Assembly (NCBI GenBank): GCA_028023455.1
Contig: JAQFVV010000010.1
Span: 15,934,001-15,998,000 of the forward strand
DNA length: 64,000 nt
DNA from: Epiperipatus broadwayi
Lineage: Eukaryota; Animalia; Onychophora
Reading direction: 5' to 3'
Both the position numbers and the translations under genes were made by a program. Shown piece after piece: positions 43,061 through 55,771 of this stretch (position 1 is the first letter of the stretch; each line of letters begins with the position of its first letter). Below the pieces are notes generated by a model that made no database searches, was not told the origin of the DNA, and saw only the letters and a program-made list of their open reading frames with translations.

Positions 43061-46000
43061 GTTGAAGTTTAATATGTAAAGCATTTTGTTTTGTCTTGTT
43101 TTTAAATTTTATGTCTATTGTCTTTGACAAGGGTGCTCAACACCAAAAACACATTTGGGTTAGCTGTTACTTACTATTTATCTCTGTATTTTTGGAATAT
43201 TCCATGTTTAAACCCGTTATTAAATCTAAAGCTACAACAGTTGCATCATTTCAAGTAAGTTATGTGTTACTAAAACAAATCTTTCACAGATATTGAAATA
43301 ATAAAATAAGTATGTCTAGAAGCCAGAAATTCGTTATTTGATTTTTTCAAGAACAGAAATGAAATAATTTTTGCAATTAAAGATGTAAAAAATTTTGCTA
43401 ATAAATTAATATTATTTGTAATACTGTAGTTAATATTATTTGTAATTATTATTAATGCATTGTAATGTAAAGATGGTATACCATGATATTTGGAGAAAAT
43501 TACAAATAGTCTTTGTCCTGCAAAAACCTGTCCCACCCCTGATCTAAGTGATTGAAGATAATACAGTAAGAGAAAATGGAGAAAAAATATCGGTGACTTA
43601 ATGACATTTAAAAATATATATAAAATAGAATCAGTAAATTAATGGAATCCATTAAATGACTAGTTAAGTGATATACTGTATACTTTTATACTATTAAGGA
43701 TATCATCAATGTCTCTTATTATTCTGTCAAAATGCACAAAACATTATGACTGAAAATTACTAATCTCTGTCATGTATCAAGGCTTGATCGTTCTTAAGAC
43801 AGCTGTTTAAGAATCTGATTGGCTGTCTGAGAAACAACTGTAGGCGCATGTGAAAGACTAGCAACCTTTCAATTATTACTAATTTAATAACAACATGAGA
43901 TTTAGACAAATGTTATATTATTACATGTATAGTAATAAATTGAAATTAACTTTAAAACAAAAAATTCTTCACCAGTAATAAAGTATGTTCAACAACACTC
44001 AATCCAAATTGCTGTTCCTTACTGACCTTTTATCTTTGAGCTAGCTACCGGAAAAAAATCATTAGTTACATTAAACAAAAAAAAATATGTGGAATACCCA
44101 GCTGAATTTGAATTCTAGGTTTGTGAGCATAGAAGATTAATTATCTTACCATTATTCCAAAATACATTTAAAAAACACTTTATTAGCTTTGGTCAGTTAG
44201 ATATTTAAAAACCCAATTGTAATATCATGCAACTTTCACAGGCGCAGCAGAAAGAGGGAATGTCCTTTACCCATGAATGTATTCCAATATATATAAAAGA
44301 TTCTTTTATACACAAACCATGACAAGCTTTTTCAATCTTTTTTTATTATACTAAATACAAGTAAATAAAACAAGATAGGAAAAACTAGTTTGATTTTACA
44401 TTATGAATAACAGTTTACCATTTTAAATAAGTATATAACCTAACTTTTTTTTTTTTTCAAGAATAAAATAACATATCTACAAAAGATCACAAATTCATTT
44501 ACTGTTTAAAGATATAAAATCTAGTAAATCGACACACAAAAAAAGCTAATAATAAAAAAGAATGAAAACATCAAATATTATTTTAAAATTTAGAAGGGAA
44601 AAAAAACTTGCAGAAAAACTTGTGGCATTGATCTAAAAGGTAAAAACTTTTATCTGGTAGCAAACTCCTAAGAAATAAATGGTCAAGTCAACCTTTTTTG
44701 TGTAGGCAGGTGTTTTTTTTTTTCAATAGAAACAACAGAAGCAAAGCAGACATCAAAATATTTTAAAATTCTCACACAATTAAATATTGCCGTTTTTTAC
44801 TATTACTATTTTTATAAGCACTTGCCTTTAAAAGATTTTGGTCACATTATTTGGGTAGAGGAAGTATATAATACTCTTTTTTTCTCTCTTTAAAAAAAGT
44901 TTTTCCACTAGAAAAAATATACCATTGAAGAGAATCAATAAAGCCGAGTTATAAATGACCTTTGCCTTAAGGCATTAAAGTAAAACCTGTAAAATTAAAA
45001 GCATATCAAAAGCAATTAAAGGTAATAAATAGTAGTAACTTTAAAAAAAAAAAAAGCCACTTTATAATAAGTTAAAATAAATAATTGTATTAATGCTTAT
45101 CGAATAAAGTTCTCAGATGTATATTTCATAGGTCCTGTTAACAATTGAAATTTTTTTAAGTTCAATAAATATTAATTTACTTATATATCTAATTTCAAAT
45201 AGAAATTAGTTTTAAAGCATTAAAACCACTACTTGCATAATTACAGCTGTATTAAAGATACTATTGAGAATTTATCTGTTAGATTAATTAAACTTCAGCT
45301 CTTGCAGCCAAATGAAAATAGATTACAGTATTAGAGTTTAAAGTAAATTATGCAAAAATCTATACAGTATAGGATTACTACAGTTACTAAAACAGAATCA
45401 AACAATACATAGATGTTATCCAACTTTATTTTAAATAGAGGTTTTCTCATATAAAATTATTTAACCAATGTATCATAAGGTTACATTAATAAGTTTATAA
45501 CACCCCTGCACAGACTGCTATGTAGACATAAGCCATAAAAAACTGATAAATAGATGTGTAATAACAAAGTATGCTGCACATAATTACACTTTTGACTGCA
45601 ACTAAATAAAAAATACAATAACATACAAATTAACCATGAGTAAAGTTAAACAAATATTCAACAAATTGTACAATTTGAAATTAGCACATTCAGATATTTA
45701 TAAGCAGTATTAAAAAATACAGATTGCTAATATTAACCTATGATTTAATATAATTCACTACATATTTTCATAAAACGCATACTCAATACTACTAATAAAT
45801 ATTGTGATAAAGTAAAAAAAAAAAAACAATGTAAGATACTATCAGTAATACTGTATATAAACTAAGTCTTCAAAAGTATTGACTGGAAGTGACAAATAAA
45901 TTACATTTAAAGGCAAATCAATAAAAAGCACTGGTTAAAAAAAAAGATCTTACATATATATATACATAGTAGATATTCCTTTTAAACTCGTAGTGTAGTA

Positions 46001-47312
46001 ATGTCAATCATCCACAAAACATTAAATAAAAGAAAAACGAAATATTAAGTGTTCTTTGATCATTTTTTATCAAAGAAAGATCAAATAGGTAGGCGTTTCA
46101 ATGAACGCTAAACTTAGCACAATAAGGCAAGAATAAAATTTACTCAGTCAAAAAAAGTTATCACTGAAATAACTGCACAGAAATATTTTATAAAATATGA
46201 ACATGTTTATCCAAGCACACAGTCTAAACTTTTTTATAAAAAGATTTAATTGCAATGTAACAAACTTTTCTTATATCACTGTAATTTATAAATATCTGTA
46301 CTTAAGGCTATCCTAAGAAAAGCTACTACGGAATGCATACTGTGCCAGTCAAATGACGTATATTGGTTTAACCCAGTTCGAATACTAGGCGAAAGTACCT
46401 CGAGGCCATTCATATGCGAGATGTAAAAATCAAGAATACTAAGGCCTCTGCCCTATTCGTCTATTTTCGAGTCTAAACACGAACCAACAACATATCCGAG
46501 ACACGCATAAATTATTTTCTAACCCTGGCCCACAGCTTAGCATCAGGGAGAGACAATGGACTAGAATACTTAAGGAACTACCTAAGTTATGTGACTGGAT
46601 CATTGGACAATTAATATAAAAGGTTAAGCTAATAAGAAATTGAAATAACATTAGGAGACTTAAGCTTTTTAGTTTAAATAATATATTTTAATGAACGTAA
46701 TTTTAAAATATTAGAAATGTTTTAACTATCTCCACTATTCCCCGATTGATTACTGATAATTTTACAATGAGGTGGATGGCAATTACGTAATATTTTGCGG
46801 TCTAAGTATTACTTTCCCAACTTAAAATAAAATTGTTAACTCGTATCCCCTCAATAAAGCAAAATTAAAATAACTCTTTCACAAAGCATTCTCTAGTTGC
46901 TTTGTGCTTTATAAACAATTTCAAAATATTTAAAGACTTCTATAAATAACTATTATTTAAATGTGGAATAAATGCGAACGAAGTAAGTGTTATCGAGGAG
47001 ATCAAGTTGGCAAACAAAAAGGAAACTTAACTAATATTTAAATGACAGATATTATTTCAAATTGGAAATATTTTTAAATGAAAAATAATTTACACTGCAA
47101 TGAAACAAGAAAATATTTATATAACACACTAAAATGAGGAATAGCGAAGGGGAAAAGTTAAGTATAAAATAGATGATCAAACGAAAGATAAATATAAATC
47201 TAATTTTAGTCTAATAAGAGAAAAACAATTACATTATAAATATAAATTAAAGAAACAATTAACGAAAGGTATTTATCAAAGGTAAAGTAATAGTTCATGA
47301 GGAGATATATAA

Positions 47313-48038
47313 AGTTACCAGTCGTTGTTCCTTTGATCCAGTTCCCTCAACGTGGTGGCTTGATTACGTACGTAGAGTGATTTGTCCGGACAAAGGAATT
47401 TGAAATATGCAGCATTTTACACGAAGGGCACACACATGGCTCACAGTTCAGGTTTACTAGTGATTTGACACGTTACGGCATTTTGATGGATTTAGGACCC
47501 GATGGCAGGCAAAACTGTTGTGCCTAGCCGCCACACATGGTCACGTCCACCAAATTAATAGAACTTTTAACAGGTCGCATGTTGGAACTCTGAACAGGAA
47601 TTTTCCGCAAAACTAGGACTCTGTTGTTTTCTGTATTTGTTTTCAGAGCAACCTATGAGGATCCCTTAAAGCATAAAATGCCGAATTATCAAAGCACAGG
47701 ATCTGAACAAATCTTCAAGCACAAAATAGAATAATTTAACGAACAAAATCTGAATAAATTCAGGAACAAAATCTGAATGATTTTAAAAGCAAAATCTGAA
47801 TAATCAGTCTTGAAAGCCAAAGGTCTGAATCATTTTAAAAGCAAAATCTGAATAATAATTCAGTCTTGAAAGCCAAAAGTCTGAATTATTCAAAGCACAG
47901 TATCTGCATGAATAAGCATAAGAACCCAGTCTTTTGTTCTCCCCACCTTTTATACCTTTCTGGAGATACTCTTCTGTTGTTTTGCGTATGATTTTAGATC
48001 TTGATAAGCCCCCTATGCTCCTTTGTTTTGAAGTAACT
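47313..48038. mobile_element. Possible solo LTR with internal tandem repeats
   Basis: AGTTAC...GTAACT inverted termini, CpG-rich relative to flanks, TATAAAAGG on the minus strand near 47955, degenerate AAAGCAAAATCTGAAT repeats at about 47690-47900. No TSD found. Confidence 0.35.
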
Positions 48039-48649
48039 TTTTGCTAAAAATAAACTTTAATTTCTTATTATCGAATTCTGCATTTAACTTTGAATTTGAT
48101 TTAATTAAAAAGGCCATCTTTAATTTGCCTTGAATGGACTAACTAATTGAGCAAATGCTATCCTTTTAGAAATCCTAGCAGGCTTATCTTAAAATAAAAT
48201 CATACGACATATTTTAACAAAAATTAAAAGAAAAAATTATTTCTTTTAATAAAATAACATTTTATTTCAACAGAATTTTGCATTTAATCATATATATATG
48301 CTTTCGTATATATATGTTTGATTGATAAATTTTGAAAAGGAAATTTTAATAACAATTTAATCTTAAACAGAATTTTATTTTAAAAGAAATATTTTAAAGT
48401 AAATAGCTAATTTTAATAAGCGTTAAATGTACAAAATGAAACACGTTAATTTTATATTTAATGCAAAATCCTGTTGATACTTGGATATAAACTTAACCCA
48501 GGTTTACAATATTGGTAAGTTTATAGAAGGCTGTGAAGCATGGATCGGACTTCCAGATCCATTGCTTCAATATTTATAAAAAAACTGAAGGTTAGTGTTT
48601 TCAAGGGTGACGTTACTTCCTCATATTCATAGCGATCAAACTCTGCATA

Positions 48650-48900
48650 CCATTATATAAAATTTCATGTCCCCAATCAGAATCCAGCACTATGTACTAT
48701 GGCGAATCACATGCATACCTCTCTAAGGATCTCTCAACACAAATACCTCTACAACAGAGCCACAAACAATCCCGAATATAAATTTATCTTCTTCAATCAC
48801 CAAAACACAATGGGCCAGACATTCGAGCTGAGAGCCGCCAACATTGCATGCATTGATTGAAATGACTTCAAGCAGAAAATTAAGAGGTGTGGCATTTAGC
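48650..48900 (+). mobile_element. GIY-YIG endonuclease remnant, probably Penelope-like
   Basis: PLYKISCP...MYYGESHAYL, frameshift, then RISQHKY. Compare the family pattern VYKIPC...YIGET.R.L..RI.EH. Confidence 0.55.
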
Positions 48901-50014
48901 CAATAACTCTAATGCAATAAAAAGAAAGCAAAACCTGCTTCCCCCCGTTGAAGAAATGGGCAATATAGTTTACATATATTTAAATAAATTTACTGCCTGT
49001 ATATATATGCACCCAATCACGCAAATCTCAATGATATGAACATATGAAGACATACATTGCCTTCGAAAGCTCTAAGTTTCAGATTTTTTTTATAAATATG
49101 CATTCGTTAAAAGTTTTTCTTAGAATAATGCTTAAGCGCAAAAAAAGATTTAAACTCAAACTAATCCAAAAAAGAGATGGTAATCAGGTCTGTTTTATCA
49201 AATCACAATATTTAATAACTATTCTTTTGTGTGTGTGTGTGTTTTAACAGATATCTAATTACTGTGCCAATATGTTAAAATTGTAAGAGAAAAGAAAATG
49301 AGATCTAATATTAACCTGACCATTCATAGAGCAAAAAATTTTACATGAGTTGCAAAAATGAAATTTAAAAATAATCAATATATATATATTATGATTTATT
49401 CTAAAAATCATTCAGTTTACAATTGATAATCTTTTTCGTATAAGATGGCAGTTTATAAATGCTTTCTTATAAAATTCACAATTTCTAGACACAAAAACTT
49501 AATTTTTTTAATGTACTATTGCAAACATGATTAATAGTATTAACAAGATTAGAGATCAAAATGGTGGGTAAGAATGTTGAAAGTTGCATTATTTTTTACA
49601 GACTTTTCTCATTTAATTTTTTATAAACTATTCTAATAAAAGCTTTACTCCACAATAATTCCTAAAACATAATGAATCCTTCATATCAGGGAATATATCT
49701 TTAAAGATTAAAAAATAAATAAATAGGAAAAGCAAGTTAAAGTAAAAATTTTACAGGAATGATAAAAAATAATGGTAAACCATGGACTTAGTACTTGTAC
49801 AAGTATAATATCTTCCTTACCAATGATGAAGGCAATATATAACAATCATGTTTTTGTTTTTATAATCAATGCATGGGCATTTATTTCTCTAGTTAATAAT
49901 AGATAGATACTCATTTTCTGAATAAAAATGGATAACTTATTGGGTTGGCTCTGGGCAAGATTAAAATTGTAAGCCAAGGAAATGTCAGGCAGATTTACTA
50001 ACAATTATTTAATA

Positions 50015-50311
50015 TATAAGGATTCAAACTCAGTCTTTCACACAACCTCAACTCTCCAAGCCATCTCATATTGTTGATCCACCTGATTACATACATGTTG
50101 AAAAGATAAATAATCACCAATATATATTTCGTGCTAAACCAGCACTCGTCAGTCCAGATTATCATCTCCACACATATATACAATCAGTGCTCAGCTTTAT
50201 ATTAAGATAGCCAATCTTCATATTTTAATGGACAGGCTTCAAACTACTCCAACTCACAACTCTTCAGCCTTCCATTTCATTGAAAATCTGATGATGGAAT
50301 GTTCAAAGCCC
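50015..50311 (-). mobile_element. H1 element, near full length
   Basis: Colinear with 58320-58629 over about 300 bp. Confidence 0.8.
50110..50160 (-). ncRNA. Type I hammerhead ribozyme motif (H1), core intact, proximal stem I damaged
   Basis: CTGACGA-GTGC-TGGTTTA-GCAC-GAAA-TATA-TA-TTGGT. The CCAA of the stem I 5' strand is deleted; distal ATAATC/GATTAT pairing is retained. Confidence 0.7.
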
Positions 50312-50997
50312 TCGTTAATACCAAGATTGTCATCCTACCCATGTTGACGTTAGTCATTCTGACCCCTCATGTACAGGAAAATAATCCATTTTATATACAT
50401 ATGGGAGGAGTGGGCAGATCTTTAACGCACTTTGCCAAATTTTTTAATTTCAGTTTTTATTTACTAAGAAATGTTAATATTTAAATTTATATTTAGTGCT
50501 GAATATAAATATCAAAAACTTTTTAAAATCTTAAGTGTTAAAATATTTTAATTTTGACAATCCAGAATAGAGGTTTATTAAACAATATTAACTTTTTAAC
50601 ATGATTTTTTGGGGAAATTTATTATATTTCTACACTACTTAGAAAATAAACGTATCATTTTAAAAAACCAGCAATTTGCTCAGTATATACCAAAACTGAT
50701 CTAATAAATAACATAAAAATGTACTTCTTATGACAGCCAGTCTTATTAAATTATGAGTATTTACTAATTCCCCCCCCACACACACACATACTTTAATTTT
50801 ACTTAAAATGAGTATATCTTTAATGTACTTTTTTTTGTTTTTTTAATGTGTATGTATTCAAGATTTAATTGCCTTAAGTAAATAATAAAATCCGATCTAA
50901 AAACTTAGAACCATCTTCATAATTTTATCCATATTATCATCCCCAGCAGTAGCAGCAGTCATTCCAAAACAAAAAATATAGAAAGATATAATAATTA

Positions 50998-51228
50998 AAG
51001 GGGATTTGAACACTGATTTTCAAGCTCCTTTCAGCTAGCCACTCCATACTATATAACCGATACACATAACCACATACATGTAAAAAAGATAAATGATCTC
51101 CAATAAACATTTTTCATGCAGAACTAGCATTCATCAGTTGGTCCTGATTATTATCTCCCTCACATATATATATATTCAGTGCTCAGTTTATATTAAGGTA
51201 GAAAATCTTTGAACTTTAATGGACAGGT
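50998..51228 (-). mobile_element. H1 element
   Basis: AGGGGATTTGAACAC terminus on the plus strand; colinear with the other copies. Confidence 0.8.
51100..51144 (-). ncRNA. Type I hammerhead ribozyme motif (H1), core intact
   Basis: GGACCAA-CTGATGA-ATGC-TAGTTCT-GCAT-GAAA-AATGTT-TA-TTGG. Stem I CCAA/TTGG, stem II ATGC/GCAT, stem III AAA/TTT, cleavage triplet UUA. Confidence 0.75.
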
Positions 51229-51233
51229 CATAA

Positions 51234-51754
51234 TTCAGCAATAAGGTGCTCTATGCTTTCATGGTCTGATAATCCCCTAATATACAGTTCAGATGAATGA
51301 CGTACTTAGCAATGTTTAATAAAAACACATTTACATTAAATCTTAAAACATTGTTAAAGCAACCATTAAATATTTATTAAATTTAATATTACAAATATAT
51401 TTAATAAAAAAAATATTACAAAAATGAGTGGCGTTTTTGTATTCCAACATTAATAAATGGTAACTATTAATAAGGCTAAAAAACTATTACAATTACTCAT
51501 GATGCTATCGAAAATATAAAAAAAAATTTTTTTTAATTTTTAGAGCGCGCTCCAATAAATATATATTTGATCATTAACATTGTCAAATATAATAGGTATA
51601 TTTAAAAATGTAAACTTTAATTTAGCTTTATTAAAATTTGGAAATTTATATAATATTAAACGTTTTGTTTAATTTATATTAAATCTTTAAAAAAATTTGT
51701 TAAAGCAACCAATGAAAAAAACCACAGGCCTTTATAAGGCCAAGTGCATCCAGT
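51234..51754 (+). mobile_element. Non-autonomous Helitron-like repeat, copy B
   Basis: 3' hairpin GGCC-TTTATAA-GGCC followed by AAGTGCATCCAGT. Confidence 0.5.
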
Positions 51755-51767
51755 CTTATATATAAAT

Positions 51768-52451
51768 TCTGTGTATTTTCTGTCATCTGACTGATAAATA
51801 TATTGTTTGTCTGATGTCATGTCAAATTCACAACCACTATCGTTAAATAAAAAACGCTAGGAAACATTTTTTTTTGTGGTAACAGTTCCCAGCCAGCTAC
51901 AGAAACAGCCACAAATGTCGATTCACAATTCAGTGTTAAGGATTTTCATGTGCTTTCGCAGTTTGTCAATTTCCTAATATAGTTAAATGAATGACATATT
52001 TAGCAATGTTTAATAAAAATACATATTTCCATTCAATCTTTAAAAAAATTGTTAAAGCAACTAATTAAAATAACCTATCACAAATGTATTTAATACAAAA
52101 TATTATAAAAATGACTGGCGTTTATGTATTTTGACATTAATAGATGGTAATTATTAATAAAGCTAACAAAACTATTACAATTAGTCGTGAGACTATCGAA
52201 AAATTGAGGGGGAAAAAATTAATTTTTTAATCAGAGTGCTCCAATAAATATATATTTGTGCCTTGATATTGTCTAATATAGCAGGTATATTTAAAAATAT
52301 AAATTTTAATTTAACTTTATTAAAATTCAGAAATTTATTTATATATTAAAATGTTTTGTTTAATTTACATTAAATCTTTAAAAAAAAAAAAATTGTTAAA
52401 GCAACTATTTAAAAAAAACTATATGCCTTTACAGGACTGGGTGCATCTCAT
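51768..52451 (+). mobile_element. Non-autonomous Helitron-like repeat, copy C, tandem with copy B
   Basis: Starts TCTGTG..., is colinear with copy B and ends GCCTTTACAGGACTGGGTGCATCTCAT. Confidence 0.5.
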
Positions 52452-52469
52452 TTCATTATAAAGACCTAA

Positions 52470-53290
52470 ATAAAAAATCATAAAACTATACCTCTTTTAA
52501 ATTTCCCTTTAAATTTCTCCCACTCCATTCTGATCTTCTTTCAACAAACTATAATTTAAAAGTAAGCATTCAATACTCTTCCACAATCTCTATATGAATT
52601 ACATCACAATCTAAATTCTTATTCCATTTGTGCCTTCTTTATCTGGTATTTAAAGTTCTTGCCTTTCATACAAACAACAATAAGGTCACATTAGTGTTAT
52701 CATATATCTTTTCATATTTTATAAAGTTTTCATTGTTATATAACCCAAATCTTTTTTTATTAATATTAATGTTCATTTTCATAATTCTTACTTTTTTTCT
52801 AACCAACTTAACTATCCACTTTTTCCGCTCTCACAATTATGTACATGTAATACCTTCTCTACACACTTATCCTATTCCTTATAAAAATACATTGAAATAA
52901 ATTGTCTATTAATTTCACACATAAATCTTTTTTACCCAATGTAACTGTTGTCCTCCCTACATAATAAAACAAATTCATCCCATTTCTCCTTTAATAGCCT
53001 CCACAATTCACCACTCTTGCATATATATTTTTGTATTCTATTAAAAAATTTCTGAATTCTCTGTCCAACACAAAGTGCATTATTTCCCATTATTACATTT
53101 AGTATTATCATCTAATTCCAAATTATTTTTATATTTTATTTTTATTATATAAACACTACAGATTTTTAACCAATCCCATTCAATTTTTTTCTTCTTCTCA
53201 ATTTTGATTCCCAACAATCTCAAACTTCATAATGATAACAAACAATTAAATTATTTAAATCCCAAACAAGTGTTGCATTTCTATTTTTAG
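52470..53290 (-). mobile_element. Degraded LINE endonuclease-region fragment
   Basis: Purine-rich minus strand with a N.NG-like AP-endonuclease trace near 53080-53110. Confidence 0.35.
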
Positions 53291-53439
53291 TTTTTTTTTT
53301 TAAATTGTATACTGAAATTGATGAATATTCAACTAAAACAAATCACCAATTAGGGAAATAATAATTAAAAAATGTATGCTAAGATTATTTATGCTTTAGT
53401 GAATACAACAAATAAAATGTTCTGATAAATAATAATAAA

Positions 53440-53564
53440 TATAGGGGATCTGAACACAGACTTTCAAGCACCCTTCAACTATCCATGCTATCTCATACCA
53501 TTGATATGCATGACCAAACATGTAGAATAATCGCCAATAGATGTATTTTGTGCTGAATCATCAG
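53440..53564 (-). mobile_element. H1 element, truncated, hammerhead disrupted
   Basis: ATAGGGGATCTGAACACAGACTTTCA terminus. Stem II is partly deleted. Confidence 0.7.
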
Positions 53565-54424
53565 AGAGGATTGAGTCTATATGAAGACTTTAACAAACAT
53601 TCTTTAGAAAAGAATAATATAATGTCATTTTCAATAAAAAAAATAGTTGTATAGATTAAAGAAATTGATATAAACTTAAATTTTTTTTTTTTTTTTAGGC
53701 TTAATAAAATATCACAAGAAACTGGAATAGCTATTTTATATAGTCAAGTAAATTTATAAATTTAACACCACATCAGCATTGTACTTTTTGCATTTCATTA
53801 ACATAAAAGGAATGAAAAAAGAATAGTAAGTTGTTGTTGTTTTTTCTGAGAGTGATATGAGTGAAAAATTCATATAGATTTGAATACATTAGATATATAT
53901 AGCTATGTATATACACATGTAAAAAATGTTAATATAGTATACAAATGTTTAAGAATTTTATAAAGAATGTATATTCACAATTTTTGCTGTCTGTGCGAAG
54001 ACATGGAACCAAATAATGTGGGTAAGCCAATCTCATTATATATAGTTAGAGGGAAATTCGCTTACTAAAGCTATCAATAATAAAACATGTTTTATTTTTC
54101 ACAAACCCAAATGTAAATATTCAAAAGTGTGTGTATATACTAATGCACATATATTTGAAAAACCTTTACCGAATACAAAATGGCTGAAAAGCTTTTATTT
54201 ATCTATTTGCAGATTTTTAAAAATAATTAAACAATAATAACAAGGTGATTTACTAAATTGACAAATTACCATTTCATCGTTTCAGATGTTATTTGCATAT
54301 CTACAATAAAGACACACATACATGTTTTAAATATATGCAATAAGATGAATTAAACATCTAAATTTGGGCTCAGAGATCAATTATTTGTATATAAGGCTAA
54401 ATTAATTACAACATTGATATTTAC

Positions 54425-54634
54425 CTCCCGACTGTAAATTATTTCCATAACTTGCACATGTCCTCCGCGGCCGCTTTCTAAATCTTCCGGTAACATTTTG
54501 TTGCATAGAATTACAGTTAATAATGTTTGTATCCAAATAGGTTGACTTCCGACGGAGATGATATGGATGCGAGATTTGGTGGCTGGTCTGACTGCTTCCA
54601 GCCTGAGATAAAGTATAAGAAGTGCCCGAAGGAA
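54425..54634 (-). CDS. FBXO11: F-box only protein 11-like, second coding exon (PSGTSY...SHPYHLRRKSTY...RFRKRPRRTCASYGNNLQSG)
   Basis: Strong acceptor (TTTCCCCTCTTCGTTTTCTTTATAG), 210-nt phase 1-1 exon that stays open in frame, GTAAAT donor. PYxLRRK and RKRPRRTC are motifs I recall just upstream of the F-box in FBXO11 (human SPYQLRRK; insect PYDLRRKS...RKRPRRTC). Confidence 0.75.
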
Positions 54635-55771
54635 CTATAAAGAAAACGAAGAGGGGAAATCATTAAAAACCAGTATTACAAGTTACTCCATATTGAACTT
54701 CAGAATACGATGAGTTATAACGGTTAACGTTATCCAAATAAAAATCAAAATAAGGAAGTAAATGTTTTAATTAGAATACTTAAAAGAATGATAAATTTAA
54801 TAAAATATAGGGCTGTTATCAATTTATAGAAGGTCTTAAAATTACTGTATTAAGTTATCATGCAATTTTTAATTGTTTGCTACATAGTCCGTGTTCATCT
54901 TAGATAAACAATGCCAATTTTTGCAACTACAAAATTATCATCGCGTATATAATGCGAATCTATAACTATTTTTCAAAACAAACAATACATAGCAATGTAA
55001 ATAAATAAATTTTAATCCTAACGAAATATAATAATAGAAAGTTCACTAATGAGAAATTGACTTTGTTTATATTATATTTAGTATATGAAATGATTTTAAA
55101 TAAAAATTATATTATTATCAATAGAATCATTCAATGACTAAAAAGATACAGGATATAAATTACTTACTCATGCCAAATGATAGTACAATTTTTTTTTTAA
55201 AAAAAATCTTTTATCTAAAAATTAATTTTAAGTAAGTCGTTAAAATAAATGTATATTCAGGAAATTAAGTCGATTACTAGCAGAAAGGAAAACATTTTTC
55301 GCATTTATAACCATATTTTTTAACACCAGCAATTATTTACGTTCGCTTATTTTCACACTAACATTTATTAATGCCGCAAAGTCAAAATCATCTCAAATAA
55401 TTTAAGACTATTAATATTCTAATCTAGAAAGTAGCTTTACAATGCAAATCTGATGTTCTATGACCCACGTCTAGGTAGCATTCGAACGAGAGGTCATCTA
55501 ACATGCGAATGTTATGGCTGAAACATTAACCAAAAATCTCGAGTAACAAACATTACACACATTTTTACTTCGATAAGAATTGCTTTTAAATTATAAACGA
55601 TATTATAGACAGGAATCTATTTTCTGTACGTTTAGAAACGTTTTAAAGCAAAATTGTTTTTGTTTTGATATCAACAAAAGAATAAAAACTTGGTCTCTTA
55701 GATTTCAGTCTATCAGTATCGAGCGCGGGGAAAGTGGGGGGGGGGGGGACAAAAACGAGCGAAAGACTTAC

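Noticed and set aside
47690-47900. Repeat array as CRISPR-like
   Set aside because: The context is eukaryotic, the repeats are degenerate and contiguous, and there are no unique spacers of constant length.
50286-50311. CTGATGA on the opposite strand of H1 as a second-polarity ribozyme
   Set aside because: No stem II or GAAA follows in either full-length copy (50286, 58606).
50998-51040. GTTCAAATCC B-box at the H1 3' end, suggesting a tRNA-derived SINE
   Set aside because: It lies at the fixed 3' terminus, the candidate A box is only about 15 nt away, and there is no cloverleaf or poly(A) tail.
54425-54634. A second stop-free frame across exon 2, and an alternative acceptor at about 54603
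   Set aside because: That frame is out of phase with exon 1 and has no recognisable homology. The alternative acceptor would shift the frame by 32 nt.
55726-55748. G-run as a G-quadruplex (also 38090-38106 and 10768-10779)
   Set aside because: These are simple homopolymer tracts, like the many A and T runs in the window; no functional evidence.
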